Shown here in pieces: positions 1 through 9,733 of a DNA stretch of 64,000 nt (position 1 is the stretch's first letter; each line of letters opens with the position of its first letter). Where the stretch lies: contig CAYIDD010000002.1 in assembly GCA_964362175.1 (NCBI GenBank), positions 45,939-109,938 of the forward strand, in the 5' to 3' direction. The stretch is from an uncultured Candidatus Saccharibacteria bacterium (GTDB taxonomy: Bacteria > Patescibacteriota > Minisyncoccia > Phycocordibacterales > UBA2100). Below the pieces are notes generated by a model. The model searched no databases. It saw nothing but the letters and a program-made list of their open reading frames with translations, and was not told the DNA's origin. The position numbers and the translations under genes were made by a program.

Positions 1-1448
1 AATTCATGCTCAACGTCGGCATCGAATACCTTACACTCGACCGCAAGGCCAATACGCTTTCGGGCGGCGAGGCGCAGCGTATCCGGCTCGCTTCCCAGCT
101 CGGGAGCGGCTTGGTGGGAGCTCTCTACGTTCTCGATGAGCCGACCATCGGTCTGCATCAGAGGGACAACGATAAGCTTATTCATACTCTCAAACACCTA
201 CGGGATCTCGGGAACACGGTATTAGTCGTCGAACACGATGAAGACACCATCTTTGCGTCAGACTACATTATCGACCTCGGGCCGGGTGCCGGCGTACACG
301 GGGGAGAGGTCGTCGTGTCGGGATGGCTTGAGGATCTGCTTACGGCAAAAACCAATAAATCTGGTTCACGCACGCTCGGATATTTGCGCGAAGAAGAGCG
401 CATAGAAATACCCGAGAAGCGTCGTACGGCCGATAGGGGGAAAATAAAGATACGCGGTGCCAACAAATTCAATATCAAGGGGATGAACGTCGACGTACCA
501 CTCGGAAAGTTCGTCGTTGTTTCGGGGGTTTCGGGTTCCGGAAAGTCCACATTTCTCTATGAGATACTGCATCGTAATTTGCAGGCGCGATTCGACAAGC
601 GGTATCGCACGGCAAAAACCTATAACGCCGCCGAATTTTCCGGCACGGAATATCTCGGGCGAGCGATATTGATAGACCAATCTCCTATCGGCCGTACACC
701 ACGCTCAAATCCCGCTACATACACCGGCGCCTGGACGCACATACGCGATATGTTCGCCATGAGCGAAGAGGCACGAGCGCGCGGCTGGGGGCCGGGGCGA
801 TTCTCATTCAATGTAAAGGGTGGGCGCTGCGAAGCGTGTCAGGGGAACGGGCTCGTGGCCGTGGAAATGCATTTCCTTCCGACCGTGTACGTAACCTGCG
901 ACGTGTGCAACGGGAAGCGATTCATGAAAGAGACATTGGAAGTGAAGTACAAAAGGAAGAGCATTCACGATGTGCTTTCGATGACGGTCGAAGAGGCGTA
1001 CGCATTCTTTGAGGATATTCCTGCCGTAGCCGATCGCATGCAGAGCTTGCTCGATGTGGGACTCGGGTATCTTGAGCTCGGGCAAAGCGCGACGACGCTC
1101 TCCGGAGGCGAAGCGCAGCGCGTGAAAATTGCCTCGGAGCTGTATCGCCCGTTCATCACGAAAAGTGTTTATCTTCTGGACGAACCCACGGTCGGGCTTC
1201 ACTACGACGACGTGGCGAAACTCATCGATATTTTGCAAAAATTGGTAGAGCGGGGAAATACCGTCATTACCATCGAGCACAACCTCGATGTATTGAAATG
1301 TGCCGATTACATCATCGACATGGGGCCGGAAGGCGGGGCAGGGGGCGGGAATATCGTCGCCAAAGGTACGCCGGAGGAAGTATCAAAGACGGACGGCTCA
1401 CACACGGGATACTATTTGAAGCGAATCTTGAAAAAGAGCGGGAAGTAG
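1..1448 (+). CDS. uvrA: Excinuclease ABC subunit A, C-terminal part (5' end lies outside the window)
   Basis: Two ABC signature motifs (LSGGEAQR twice), CxxC zinc-finger pairs and a C-terminal Walker B region. The ORF is open from the window edge. Confidence 0.9.
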   Translation, partial: FMLNVGIEYLTLDRKANTLSGGEAQRIRLASQLGSGLVGALYVLDEPTIGLHQRDNDKLIHTLKHLRDLGNTVLVVEHDEDTIFASDYIIDLGPGAGVHGGEVVVSGWLEDLLTAKTNKSGSRTLGYLREEERIEIPEKRRTADRGKIKIRGANKFNIKGMNVDVPLGKFVVVSGVSGSGKSTFLYEILHRNLQARFDKRYRTAKTYNAAEFSGTEYLGRAILIDQSPIGRTPRSNPATYTGAWTHIRDMFAMSEEARARGWGPGRFSFNVKGGRCEACQGNGLVAVEMHFLPTVYVTCDVCNGKRFMKETLEVKYKRKSIHDVLSMTVEEAYAFFEDIPAVADRMQSLLDVGLGYLELGQSATTLSGGEAQRVKIASELYRPFITKSVYLLDEPTVGLHYDDVAKLIDILQKLVERGNTVITIEHNLDVLKCADYIIDMGPEGGAGGGNIVAKGTPEEVSKTDGSHTGYYLKRILKKSGK

Positions 1449-1454
1449 GGGCTC

Positions 1455-4400
1455 TTACTTTTCCATTTTGTACTCTTCCCACGGCTTCGTCTTTAATCCA
1501 TCGCCCTCGCCCGTGGCCCGGCCACGGGCGAGGCTTTTTTGCTCCGCGAGCGCCATCACGAATGCTTCGGCGAGCTGCCGATTTGTGAGAAGCGGAATAT
1601 TCATGTCGACCGCCTTGCGACGGATGGTGAAGCCATCGGTGCTCTCGCTCGCCCCCGGACAGGTGGGGATATTGATGATGAGATCAAGGGCCCCCGCATT
1701 CAGAATGGTTGCAACGTTCGGCTCTTTTTTTGTGCTTATTTTGTAGACCTTCTCGCACGCGACATCGTTCTCTCGAAGGAAATCTGCCGTGTGCTCCGTG
1801 GCGATGAGGTTAAACCTCATCGTGGAGAGGGTTTTCATCGTGGATAGCAACTTGACCTTGCTCTCTTCACCCCCGACTGAGACCAAAATGTTCTTCTTCG
1901 GCAGTCGGAAACCGGCGGCCATCATTGATTTCAGGAGTGCTTCGGAATATGAGTCCCCGAAACAGGCGACCTCACCCGTCGAAGCCATCTCGACATTTGA
2001 GCGTGGGTCGGCTCCTTTGATGCGACTGTAGGAAAATTGCGGCGACTTCACGGCGACAAGGTCGAGCTCCAGAGTCCGGTAATTGCCGGAAATATCTTTG
2101 CCGAGCATTGCCCAAACAGCTTTTTCAATGAGGTTATAGCCTGTTACCTTGGAAACGAACGGGAAGCTGCGCGAGGCGCGTACATTGCACTCGATCACCT
2201 GAAGATTGTTGTCTTTCGCGATGAATTGGATGTTAAAGGGTCCGGTGATGTTGAGCGCCTTTACTATTAATTTCGTGATATGTTTTGCCCTTCGGGTGGT
2301 CTCGATGTAGGTTCTCTGTGGCGGCAACACGACCGTCGCATCGCCGGAGTGCGTCCCTGCATTTTCAACGTGCTCGGTGATCGCATAGAGTTTTAGGTTC
2401 CCTTTTGCAGCCACTCCGTCAATCTCGATCTCGCGCGCGTTCTCGATGAATTTTGATATGACCACCGGATGGTCGGAGGAGACATCGGCCGCGCGCTTCA
2501 AGAATTGGAGAAGGGAAGCCTCATCATACGCGATCTTCATCGCCGCACCTGAGAGCACGTATGAGGGGCGTACGAGGACCGGATAGCCCATTTTTGCCGC
2601 TATCTTCGCGGCGTCCGCATGCGTCCGCACCTCCGACCACGCAGGCTGATCCACGCCGAGCGTGTCGAGAAGCTTTGAGAACACGTGACGATCTTCAGCT
2701 CTGTCGATATCCCTTGGATCCGTTCCGAGGATCCTCACTTTTCTTTTGTGCAGTTTGAGCGCCAGGTTGTTCGGGATCTGCCCGCCGGTCGAGACGATAA
2801 CGCCTTTCGGGTCTTCAAATTCGATGATGTCGAGTACGCGTTCAAGCGAGAGTTCGTCAAAGTAGAGTCTGTCGGACATGTCGTAGTCCGTAGAAACAGT
2901 TTCCGGATTCGAGTTGATCATTATCGTGCCGAAGCCTTCGTGCTCAAGTGTTTTTAAGGCTTGTACACAGGACCAGTCGAACTCTACTGAGGAGCCGATC
3001 GCGTACGGACCACTCCCGAGTACGACCACTTGATCTTTCCCGCGGGAGATATCATTTTCTGTGCCGTGGTAGGTCATGTAGAGATAGTTGGTCTGTGCGG
3101 GGAATTCACCCGCCAGAGTATCGATCTGTTTGACCACCGGACGTACCTTGAGGCGGATACGCGCAGAGCGTATGTCTGTTTCCGTTTGCCCCTTCGTGTT
3201 CCCTATCTGAGCGTCGGAAAAGCCGGCTTTTTTTGCCCGCCGCATCGTATCCACAGTGAGCTTTGAGCGCTGAAGTTCCTTTTCGACCTCAATAATATTT
3301 TGCATTTTGGCAAGGAACCACGGGTCGATCTTTGAGAGTGCGCGTATCTTTTCGATAGACTCGCCCTCCCGAAACGCCTGCGCAAGCGCAAAGATGCGGC
3401 GTGTGGTCGGCTCCTGTATCTCCTTTAGGCAATCGGACACTTCGAAATCTTTTTTATTTTTCTGCGCCGTAAAACCGAGAGCGCCGATATTGAGCATACG
3501 CAGCGCCTTTTGAAGAGTTTCTTCGAACGAGCGCCCGATCGCCATCACTTCGCCGACACTTTTCATTTCAGTACCGATACAGGATGCCGCATTCTCGAAT
3601 TTTGCGAGATCCCACCGTGGCATTTTGAGCACAAGATAATCAAGCGCGGGCTCGAAACAGGCGGTAGTTTTTCCCGTGACAGAATTTCTGAGGTCAGTGA
3701 GTAGGTGTCCGAGTGCGAGTTTGGCAGCTACGAATGCGAGCGGATAGCCAGTGGCTTTTGAGGCAAGTGCCGATGAGCGTGAGAGACGCGCATTCACTTC
3801 AATGACGCGGTAGTCACTACTCCCCGGATGAAGCGCATACTGAATGTTGCACTCGCCGACGATGCCGAGGTGGCGGATAGTCTTGATCGCGATCTCGCGA
3901 AGGTTGTGATACTCGGCATTCGAGAGCGTCTGCGATGGTGCAACGACGATAGATTCACCCGTATGAATGCCCATAGGGTCAATATTTTCCATGTTGCAGA
4001 CCGTGATGCAGTTGTCCGCACGATCACGGACCACCTCATATTCGATCTCCTTCCATCCGCCAAGATATTCCTCTATCAGCACTTGCGAGGTTGAGCGGAA
4101 AACTTCGGGAAGCTTTGCCGAAAGTTCTGCAGCGTTTTTCACCATGCCCGATCCCTCACCGCCGAGCGCGAATCCGGAGCGCATCATGACGGGGTAGCCG
4201 ATCTCCTGCGCGGCTTGAAGTGCTTCGGCGACAGTGGTGGTGGCATGGCTGCGGGCGGTTTTTACGCCTATCTCATCCAAGCGCTTTACAAACAGATCAC
4301 GATCTTCAGTATCGCGGATCGTGGAAACGGGAGTACCGAGAACGCGCACATTGTATTTTTTTAGCACGCCGCTTTTTTCGAGCGAGAGACCGAGGTTGAG

Positions 4401-4676
4401 GGCGGTTTGTCCGCCGAACGAAAGAAGTATGGCATCCGGCCTTTCTTTCTCGATGACTTGGGTCGCAAAGTATTCTGTCAGAGGAAGGAAGTAGACCGTG
4501 TCGGCAAGGCCATTGTCGGTCTGAACTGTCGCGATGTTCGGATTTATCAGGATTATACGGATCCCCTCCTCTTTAAGTGCTTTGATCGCCTGTGAACCGG
4601 AGTAATCGAATTCACCCGCCTGACCGATCTTCAAGCCCCCTGAACCCAGTAGCAGTGCTTTTTTCGGTTTTCTCAT
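1455..4676 (-). CDS. carB: Carbamoyl-phosphate synthase large subunit
   Basis: 1073 aa. N-terminus MRKPKKALLLGSGGLKIGQAGEFDYSGSQA. Duplicated ATP-grasp halves and an MGS-like C-terminal domain. Confidence 0.95.
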   Translation of the reverse strand: MRKPKKALLLGSGGLKIGQAGEFDYSGSQAIKALKEEGIRIILINPNIATVQTDNGLADTVYFLPLTEYFATQVIEKERPDAILLSFGGQTALNLGLSLEKSGVLKKYNVRVLGTPVSTIRDTEDRDLFVKRLDEIGVKTARSHATTTVAEALQAAQEIGYPVMMRSGFALGGEGSGMVKNAAELSAKLPEVFRSTSQVLIEEYLGGWKEIEYEVVRDRADNCITVCNMENIDPMGIHTGESIVVAPSQTLSNAEYHNLREIAIKTIRHLGIVGECNIQYALHPGSSDYRVIEVNARLSRSSALASKATGYPLAFVAAKLALGHLLTDLRNSVTGKTTACFEPALDYLVLKMPRWDLAKFENAASCIGTEMKSVGEVMAIGRSFEETLQKALRMLNIGALGFTAQKNKKDFEVSDCLKEIQEPTTRRIFALAQAFREGESIEKIRALSKIDPWFLAKMQNIIEVEKELQRSKLTVDTMRRAKKAGFSDAQIGNTKGQTETDIRSARIRLKVRPVVKQIDTLAGEFPAQTNYLYMTYHGTENDISRGKDQVVVLGSGPYAIGSSVEFDWSCVQALKTLEHEGFGTIMINSNPETVSTDYDMSDRLYFDELSLERVLDIIEFEDPKGVIVSTGGQIPNNLALKLHKRKVRILGTDPRDIDRAEDRHVFSKLLDTLGVDQPAWSEVRTHADAAKIAAKMGYPVLVRPSYVLSGAAMKIAYDEASLLQFLKRAADVSSDHPVVISKFIENAREIEIDGVAAKGNLKLYAITEHVENAGTHSGDATVVLPPQRTYIETTRRAKHITKLIVKALNITGPFNIQFIAKDNNLQVIECNVRASRSFPFVSKVTGYNLIEKAVWAMLGKDISGNYRTLELDLVAVKSPQFSYSRIKGADPRSNVEMASTGEVACFGDSYSEALLKSMMAAGFRLPKKNILVSVGGEESKVKLLSTMKTLSTMRFNLIATEHTADFLRENDVACEKVYKISTKKEPNVATILNAGALDLIINIPTCPGASESTDGFTIRRKAVDMNIPLLTNRQLAEAFVMALAEQKSLARGRATGEGDGLKTKPWEEYKMEK

Positions 4677-4677
4677 A

Positions 4678-5712
4678 TCACTTTTTCAAAGATGCGATGA
4701 ATTCATTGAATATCCATGTGGTGTCGGTCGGTCCGGGAGAGGCTTCGGGATGAAATTGCACCGAACGCCACGGCTTTGATCGATGACGGATGCCCTCGTT
4801 GCTTCCGTCGTTCGCATTCGTGAACCATTTTTCCCAACCGGCAGGAAGCGATTTCGCATGCACCGCGTAGCCATGATTTTGGGAGGTAAGGTAACAGCGG
4901 CCAGTTTTTGCTTCTACGCATGGCTGATTTTGACCGCGATGCCCATATTTGAGCTTGTATGTTTTTGCGCCTGCGGCGAGCGCGAGGAGTTGATTGCCAA
5001 GGCAGATGCCAAGAATGGGTTTTTTCTCAGCCATCGCCTTCTTGATGGTTTCGATGGTTGCGGTGCATTTGGTAGGGTCGCCAGGACCGTTGGAAATAAA
5101 AAGTGCATCATATTTTTCATTTGTAAGATCGTAATTCCACGGCACACGAATGACCGTTGTCTCGGGGCGGGTGAGGGAGCGGACGATGTTTTCTTTCATG
5201 CCGCAGTCAATTGCGACGATCTTTATCGGGCCGCCGCCGTATACTTTTTTCTTCTTGGGGCTCACGCGCGCGACAAGATCCTCTTTGTTGGGGTCGGTAA
5301 ATGTGCCACGTTTTCCTGAATTGGCGAGTTGTCCCAACATTACACCGCGTTCCCGAAGACGTTTGGTGAGCGCCCGTGTGTCGATGCCGGTAATGGCGGG
5401 AATTCCGGATGCCTTCAGCCATGAGGCGAGTGATCGCTGTGCATCGTGATGAGAGTATTCGGGAGAATACTGTGCGACGACCAATCCAGCCACCTGGATC
5501 TTAGGAGATTCGAATGTGTCCGGTGCAGGTACGCCATAGTTGCCGATAAGGGGATATGTGCAAACAAGTATCTGTCCGGCGTACGAAGGGTCTGTAAGGG
5601 TCTCTACATAGCCTGTCATGCCGGTGTTAAATACTACTTCTCCGGCGGCCGACACATCGGCACCAAAACTTTCCCCTTCGAACACCGTGCCGTCTTTGAG
5701 GTAGAGCTTCAT
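4678..5712 (-). CDS. carA: Carbamoyl-phosphate synthase small subunit (glutamine amidotransferase)
   Basis: The 344-aa C-terminal part of the 602-aa track ORF ([18 protein letters not shown]...; GATase motif GICLGNQLL) is CarA. The ATG at 5712 is in frame and lies 2 nt upstream of carB. The N-terminal 258 codons of the track ORF are non-coding extension. Confidence 0.9.
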   Translation of the reverse strand: MKLYLKDGTVFEGESFGADVSAAGEVVFNTGMTGYVETLTDPSYAGQILVCTYPLIGNYGVPAPDTFESPKIQVAGLVVAQYSPEYSHHDAQRSLASWLKASGIPAITGIDTRALTKRLRERGVMLGQLANSGKRGTFTDPNKEDLVARVSPKKKKVYGGGPIKIVAIDCGMKENIVRSLTRPETTVIRVPWNYDLTNEKYDALFISNGPGDPTKCTATIETIKKAMAEKKPILGICLGNQLLALAAGAKTYKLKYGHRGQNQPCVEAKTGRCYLTSQNHGYAVHAKSLPAGWEKWFTNANDGSNEGIRHRSKPWRSVQFHPEASPGPTDTTWIFNEFIASLKK

Positions 5713-5871
5713 GCAAGAAAAAACCCGCGATCTGCGGGCAATCGGGAGAGATAAAAAAATACACCCATGCGGGTGTTCTCTGCGAGAAACTTTCCGGAGG
5801 TCATTAAAACTGAAGTGTAGCAAATTCATTGTCGCTGTCAAGCTTGGGGTGTTTTTGTGTATACTCCCCCC

Positions 5872-7095
5872 ATGACACGTAACGAACTGCAAAAATCCAA
5901 GCTTCCCGACAAGCCCGGAGTGTATATATTCCGCGGGAAGGGAAGAAAGATACTCTACATCGGAAAGGCGACATCGCTCCGAGATCGCCTGCGAAGTTAT
6001 TTTTCGTCCAATATTGCCTCTATCCGCAGCAGCGCGATCGCAAAAATGGTGGAAGAGGCTCGCTCGATCTCGTACAAAACCACAAAGTCGGTGCTCGAAG
6101 CGCTCATTCTTGAGGCGAACCTCATAAAGCAGCATCAGCCGCCGTACAATCTCGATGAGAAAGACAACAAAAGTTGGAATTACGTAGTCATAACGAAAGA
6201 GAACTTTCCCCGAATATTGCTTGTGCGCGGACGAGAACTGTATCAGAAATGGGATCTGAAGGATGTCGCACGTACATTTGGACCTTTTCCACACGGCAAA
6301 CAATTGCAGGAGGCAGTGAAAATCGTTCGGAAAATATTTCCGTTCCGCGACAAATGTACACCCTGTGGAGGTCCCGACGTGGTATGCAAGCCGTGCTTCA
6401 ACCGGCAGATAGGGCTGTGCCCTGGTGTGTGTTACGGCGAAGTATCGAAAGAAGAATATGCGCGCACCGTTCGGAACATCCATCAATTATTTTCCGGGAA
6501 CTTTAAGGGGCTCAAACGGCAACTTGCGCGTGACATGAAAGCAGCGGCGGAGGGGGAGCGCTTCGAGGCGGCATCCAGACTGCGCCAGCAAATTTCGGCG
6601 CTCGAACATATCCGCGACGTATCGCTGATAAAAAATGGATTGCCATCGAGCGGCGGAGGCACTCGCATTGAGGCCCTCGATGTGGCGCACACCGGAGGGT
6701 CTGAGACCGTTGCGGTGATGGTCGTTGTCAGCAACGGAGAGGCGGTAAAGAATGCATACAGAAAATTTAAGATACGTACCGCGGCAAATGACGATATTGC
6801 GGCGCTCAAGGAGGCACTAACTCGTCGCCTCACTCATCCGGAATGGCCTCTACCGCGGGTGTTCGTCGTTGATGGGGGCGTGGCCCAAATGAGAGCTGCA
6901 GCGTTGGTTTCCAAGGAAGCCGGGGTTGCTATTCCTATCGTGGGGGTCGTAAAGAATGAGTTCCACAAGCCGGAACGCCTCATCGGGGACGCGCGGGCCA
7001 TCGAGGCGTATGAAAAGGATATTCTGTTCGCGAACAGCGAAGCCCACAGGTTCGCTCTTCAGTGGCACCGCACGCGCCGTGACAAGATATACTGA
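5872..7095 (+). CDS. uvrC: Excinuclease ABC subunit C, short form lacking the C-terminal HhH domain
   Basis: GIY-YIG motif ([18 protein letters not shown]), the UvrBC-interaction region and the RNase H-like endonuclease domain are present. It is only about 407 aa from the ATG at 5872; the track start at 5857 is a GTG overlapping the -10 box. Confidence 0.85.
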   Translation: MTRNELQKSKLPDKPGVYIFRGKGRKILYIGKATSLRDRLRSYFSSNIASIRSSAIAKMVEEARSISYKTTKSVLEALILEANLIKQHQPPYNLDEKDNKSWNYVVITKENFPRILLVRGRELYQKWDLKDVARTFGPFPHGKQLQEAVKIVRKIFPFRDKCTPCGGPDVVCKPCFNRQIGLCPGVCYGEVSKEEYARTVRNIHQLFSGNFKGLKRQLARDMKAAAEGERFEAASRLRQQISALEHIRDVSLIKNGLPSSGGGTRIEALDVAHTGGSETVAVMVVVSNGEAVKNAYRKFKIRTAANDDIAALKEALTRRLTHPEWPLPRVFVVDGGVAQMRAAALVSKEAGVAIPIVGVVKNEFHKPERLIGDARAIEAYEKDILFANSEAHRFALQWHRTRRDKIY

Positions 7096-7100
7096 GTACC

Positions 7101-7535
7101 ATGTATTGGACCTATGTACAAATACTCACGTTTCTCTCTATCCTCGCGGTTATATTTGGCGGGGGATATGTAGCATATCGAAACGCGACAACGCCGGAAA
7201 CAATGGATCTGTATGCTGCCGCAGACCTTGATCTTTCCCGGTTTCCCCCCACCGTCTGCAGGACCTCATGGAGTTCATTTGAGGCAGCCGGAAGCGCGGT
7301 TGCGTATATTGTGGAAGGTAAATTTCGTATGGATGTGCAAATGGTCGCGGGAAAAGATACGGCCGTCTACCATATCGTAAAGCTCCCCGGCAAAGCTATA
7401 GAGGCTTCGGGCAAGCGAAATAACGTTGAGAATATTGATCCCGCAGATATTGTATTACCGGAAGCGGAATTACGTACCGTTGCACAATGTGATCCGTGGT
7501 GGTTCCCCAACCGGTCTTTTTTCAACGTCTTGTGA
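7101..7535 (+). CDS. Hypothetical membrane-anchored protein
   Basis: 144 aa with an N-terminal TM helix (ILTFLSILAVIFGGGYVAY) and no recognisable domain. It has its own TATACT -10 box 7 nt upstream. Confidence 0.5.
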   Translation: MYWTYVQILTFLSILAVIFGGGYVAYRNATTPETMDLYAAADLDLSRFPPTVCRTSWSSFEAAGSAVAYIVEGKFRMDVQMVAGKDTAVYHIVKLPGKAIEASGKRNNVENIDPADIVLPEAELRTVAQCDPWWFPNRSFFNVL

Positions 7536-7578
7536 TCCGCATGATATTGGTACGGAAGTGTGATGGTACAATATCGGA

Positions 7579-8547
7579 ATGACACGGATGTCGGTCGGAA
7601 TTTTGCGCGGTGGAACATCAAGTGAATACAATCTGTCGCTGAGATCGGGTGCCGCGATCCTCAGTGCACTTCCCGATGATCGATACGATACGCGCGATAT
7701 TTTTGTAGACAGGCGTGGATACTGGCATTTACGGGGCACACCGATGGACGCCGCACGCGCGCTTTCCCAAGTTGATGTCGTGCTCAATGCACTGCACGGG
7801 GGGCCTGGTGAGGATGGTACGGTGCAGCGCATTCTCGAACGCGCCGGCATCCCGTATGCGGGTTCGCGCGCCTCCGCCTCCGCGCTCGCGCTCAATAAAA
7901 TTCGCGCGCGAAATGTTCTTGAAAAAGCCGGCATACGAATGCCGCGCGCTTCGTCGTTCACCATGCAAGACGATCTTACTACCGGACAGATGGCGCAGCT
8001 CGTGTTTGCCCGATTCGGCCCGCCCTACGTTGTGAAGCCCCCCAGCGAGGGGGCGGCAACCGGAGTTCGCATTGCGGGGACATTGTTGGACCTGCCCGAT
8101 CTTCTGGGAGACGTGCTCGATGCATACGGCGCGGCCCTGGTGGAAGAGTATGTGCGCGGACAGGAGGCGAGTGTCGGTGTCATCGAAAATTTCCGTGGGG
8201 AAGATCTCTACGCGTTGCCTCCGGCGCATGTCGTCCTTCCGGAGGGGTTCCACTTCATGGAACTGCGGCACCACGAAGAGGGAATGTTGCGGCACATGGT
8301 GCCAAGCAGTTTTCATCATGACGAAAAACAGGCTCTTTCAAATATGGCGCGTGCTGCTCACAGGGCACTCGGCTTGTCGCATTTCTCGCGCGCGGATATC
8401 ATCCTGACGTCCCGCGGCCCGTATCTCTTGGAAGCGAATGCGATTCCCGGTCTCTACAGGGGAGCATCTTTTCCGGCGATGCTCGAATCCGTGGGTTCCT
8501 CCGTACGCGAATTTCTCGAGCACGCGATACATTTGGCTCGGAAATAA
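7579..8547 (+). CDS. ddl: D-alanine--D-alanine ligase
   Basis: 322 aa. N-terminus MSVGILRGGTSSEY, HGGPGEDGTVQ motif and an ATP-grasp C-terminal domain. Confidence 0.9.
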   Translation: MTRMSVGILRGGTSSEYNLSLRSGAAILSALPDDRYDTRDIFVDRRGYWHLRGTPMDAARALSQVDVVLNALHGGPGEDGTVQRILERAGIPYAGSRASASALALNKIRARNVLEKAGIRMPRASSFTMQDDLTTGQMAQLVFARFGPPYVVKPPSEGAATGVRIAGTLLDLPDLLGDVLDAYGAALVEEYVRGQEASVGVIENFRGEDLYALPPAHVVLPEGFHFMELRHHEEGMLRHMVPSSFHHDEKQALSNMARAAHRALGLSHFSRADIILTSRGPYLLEANAIPGLYRGASFPAMLESVGSSVREFLEHAIHLARK

Positions 8548-8554
8548 AAAATTG

Positions 8555-8580
8555 AACCCTGCGGATTATGCCGCAGGGTT
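8555..8580. terminator. Bidirectional rho-independent terminator between convergent ddl and the pfkB-family kinase gene
   Basis: AACCCTGCGG-attatg-CCGCAGGGTT, a 10-bp perfect stem with an A-run upstream and a partial T-run downstream. Confidence 0.6.
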
Positions 8581-8609
8581 CGTTGTTGTCAGTGTTCGGT
8601 GAAGAACAT

Positions 8610-9524
8610 TCAGGCAGCCAGGCGAATGTCGTACTGCCGGAGCGTTTGGTACACTTGCCCGAGCGTAGGCGGTTCGTTTCCGAACCGCTGGATTTTGTGG
8701 GCCACGGCCGCGGTTGCAAATCGGAGATGGCGCTCCCAGGCTTGATCTGGGTACGTCAGATAGGAGTAGATGCGAGCGCCATTGAAGATGTCGCCGGAGC
8801 CGTTCTCGTCGATCACCGATTCTTCGGGAACCTTCAGTGCGTTCATATGCGTAATTGGTCCGTCGTCGACGAAGTATCGAAGGCCGTCCGCACCGAGTGT
8901 CACTATGCCGACCTCAGCATGTCGACGGAGATCAGATAGCATCCCATCCACGCTCTGTCCCATATCATCGCAGAAGCGCGCTGAAACAGTTGCGTGGGTG
9001 ATACGCGGCAAAAGTTTTTCGATACCCGGTCGAGCCCTTCCAAAGTCGCTTGATCTAGGAATGCCCAGGCGTTCTGCCTCGCCAAGATAATACTCTGCCG
9101 CGTCGAAGTGCCGACCGTCAACGTGGACGAGTCGGCAATTTTCGATGTTAAGCAGAGGAAAGTCCTGTAAGTAGCTTTCTCCCTCAGGCGGACTGATGAT
9201 CACGCGACCGGATTCGTTCGGAAGAATGATCGCGCTTGGCGTTTCTTCCATCAGCCGCGGATGCCAGTAGATACCGGCCTCCTTTACCACCTGCTCGATC
9301 ATTAAGCCCGCGATGTCCTTGCCGATGCCGCTGATGACATCGGGCTTGAGACCGAATACGGCGCAGGTCACCGCTGCCGTGAAAGCGTTGCCGCCGGAGC
9401 GAAAAGCTTTCTTTAACGCCACCGTTTTTTGGTCGCCCGTGGGAATGCTCTTGACGAGCGCCACGTCATCAAGGATCGCCTGACCGATAAACAGAACGCT
9501 TCCTCGAAGTTGGGTACGGTCCAT
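8610..9524 (-). CDS. PfkB/ribokinase-family carbohydrate or nucleoside kinase
   Basis: 304 aa. GG motif near the N-terminus and a C-terminal DENGSGDIFNGA (DTxGAGD-like) anion-hole motif. Confidence 0.7.
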   Translation of the reverse strand: MDRTQLRGSVLFIGQAILDDVALVKSIPTGDQKTVALKKAFRSGGNAFTAAVTCAVFGLKPDVISGIGKDIAGLMIEQVVKEAGIYWHPRLMEETPSAIILPNESGRVIISPPEGESYLQDFPLLNIENCRLVHVDGRHFDAAEYYLGEAERLGIPRSSDFGRARPGIEKLLPRITHATVSARFCDDMGQSVDGMLSDLRRHAEVGIVTLGADGLRYFVDDGPITHMNALKVPEESVIDENGSGDIFNGARIYSYLTYPDQAWERHLRFATAAVAHKIQRFGNEPPTLGQVYQTLRQYDIRLAA

Positions 9525-9658
9525 GGTTACTCCTCACCTGTTGCCGCTGTGCATTTTTTGAGCGCTATGAACTGACCGAATACTGTTCTAATCAAAAGCA
9601 TTGTCAATACCTTCCGCTTTGCGAATATGGTGAAGTCTGGTAGTTTAAAGCTTCGACT

Positions 9659-9733
9659 GGGCCAGTAGTTCAGTGGTAGAATGCCTCATTTGCAATGAGG
9701 AGGTCCGGGGTTCGATCCCCCGCTGGTCCACCA
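9659..9733 (+). tRNA. tRNA-Ala (anticodon UGC), CCA encoded
   Basis: Cloverleaf: acceptor GGGCCAG/CTGGTCC with the G3:U70 alanine identity pair. Anticodon stem CCTCA/TGAGG with loop TTTGCAA gives anticodon TGC. T-arm CGGGG-TTCGATC-CCCCG. Confidence 0.9.

Noticed and set aside
4678-6486. 602-aa minus-strand track ORF as a single protein
   Set aside because: Only the C-terminal 344 aa (from [11 protein letters not shown] at 5712) are CarA. The upstream 258 codons have no protein-like composition and hold the carA leader and the divergent uvrC promoter.
9673-9732. Track ORF start (GTG) inside the tRNA-Ala gene
   Set aside because: It overlaps a confidently folded tRNA. The in-frame ATG at 9733 fits the adenylation-domain N-terminus.
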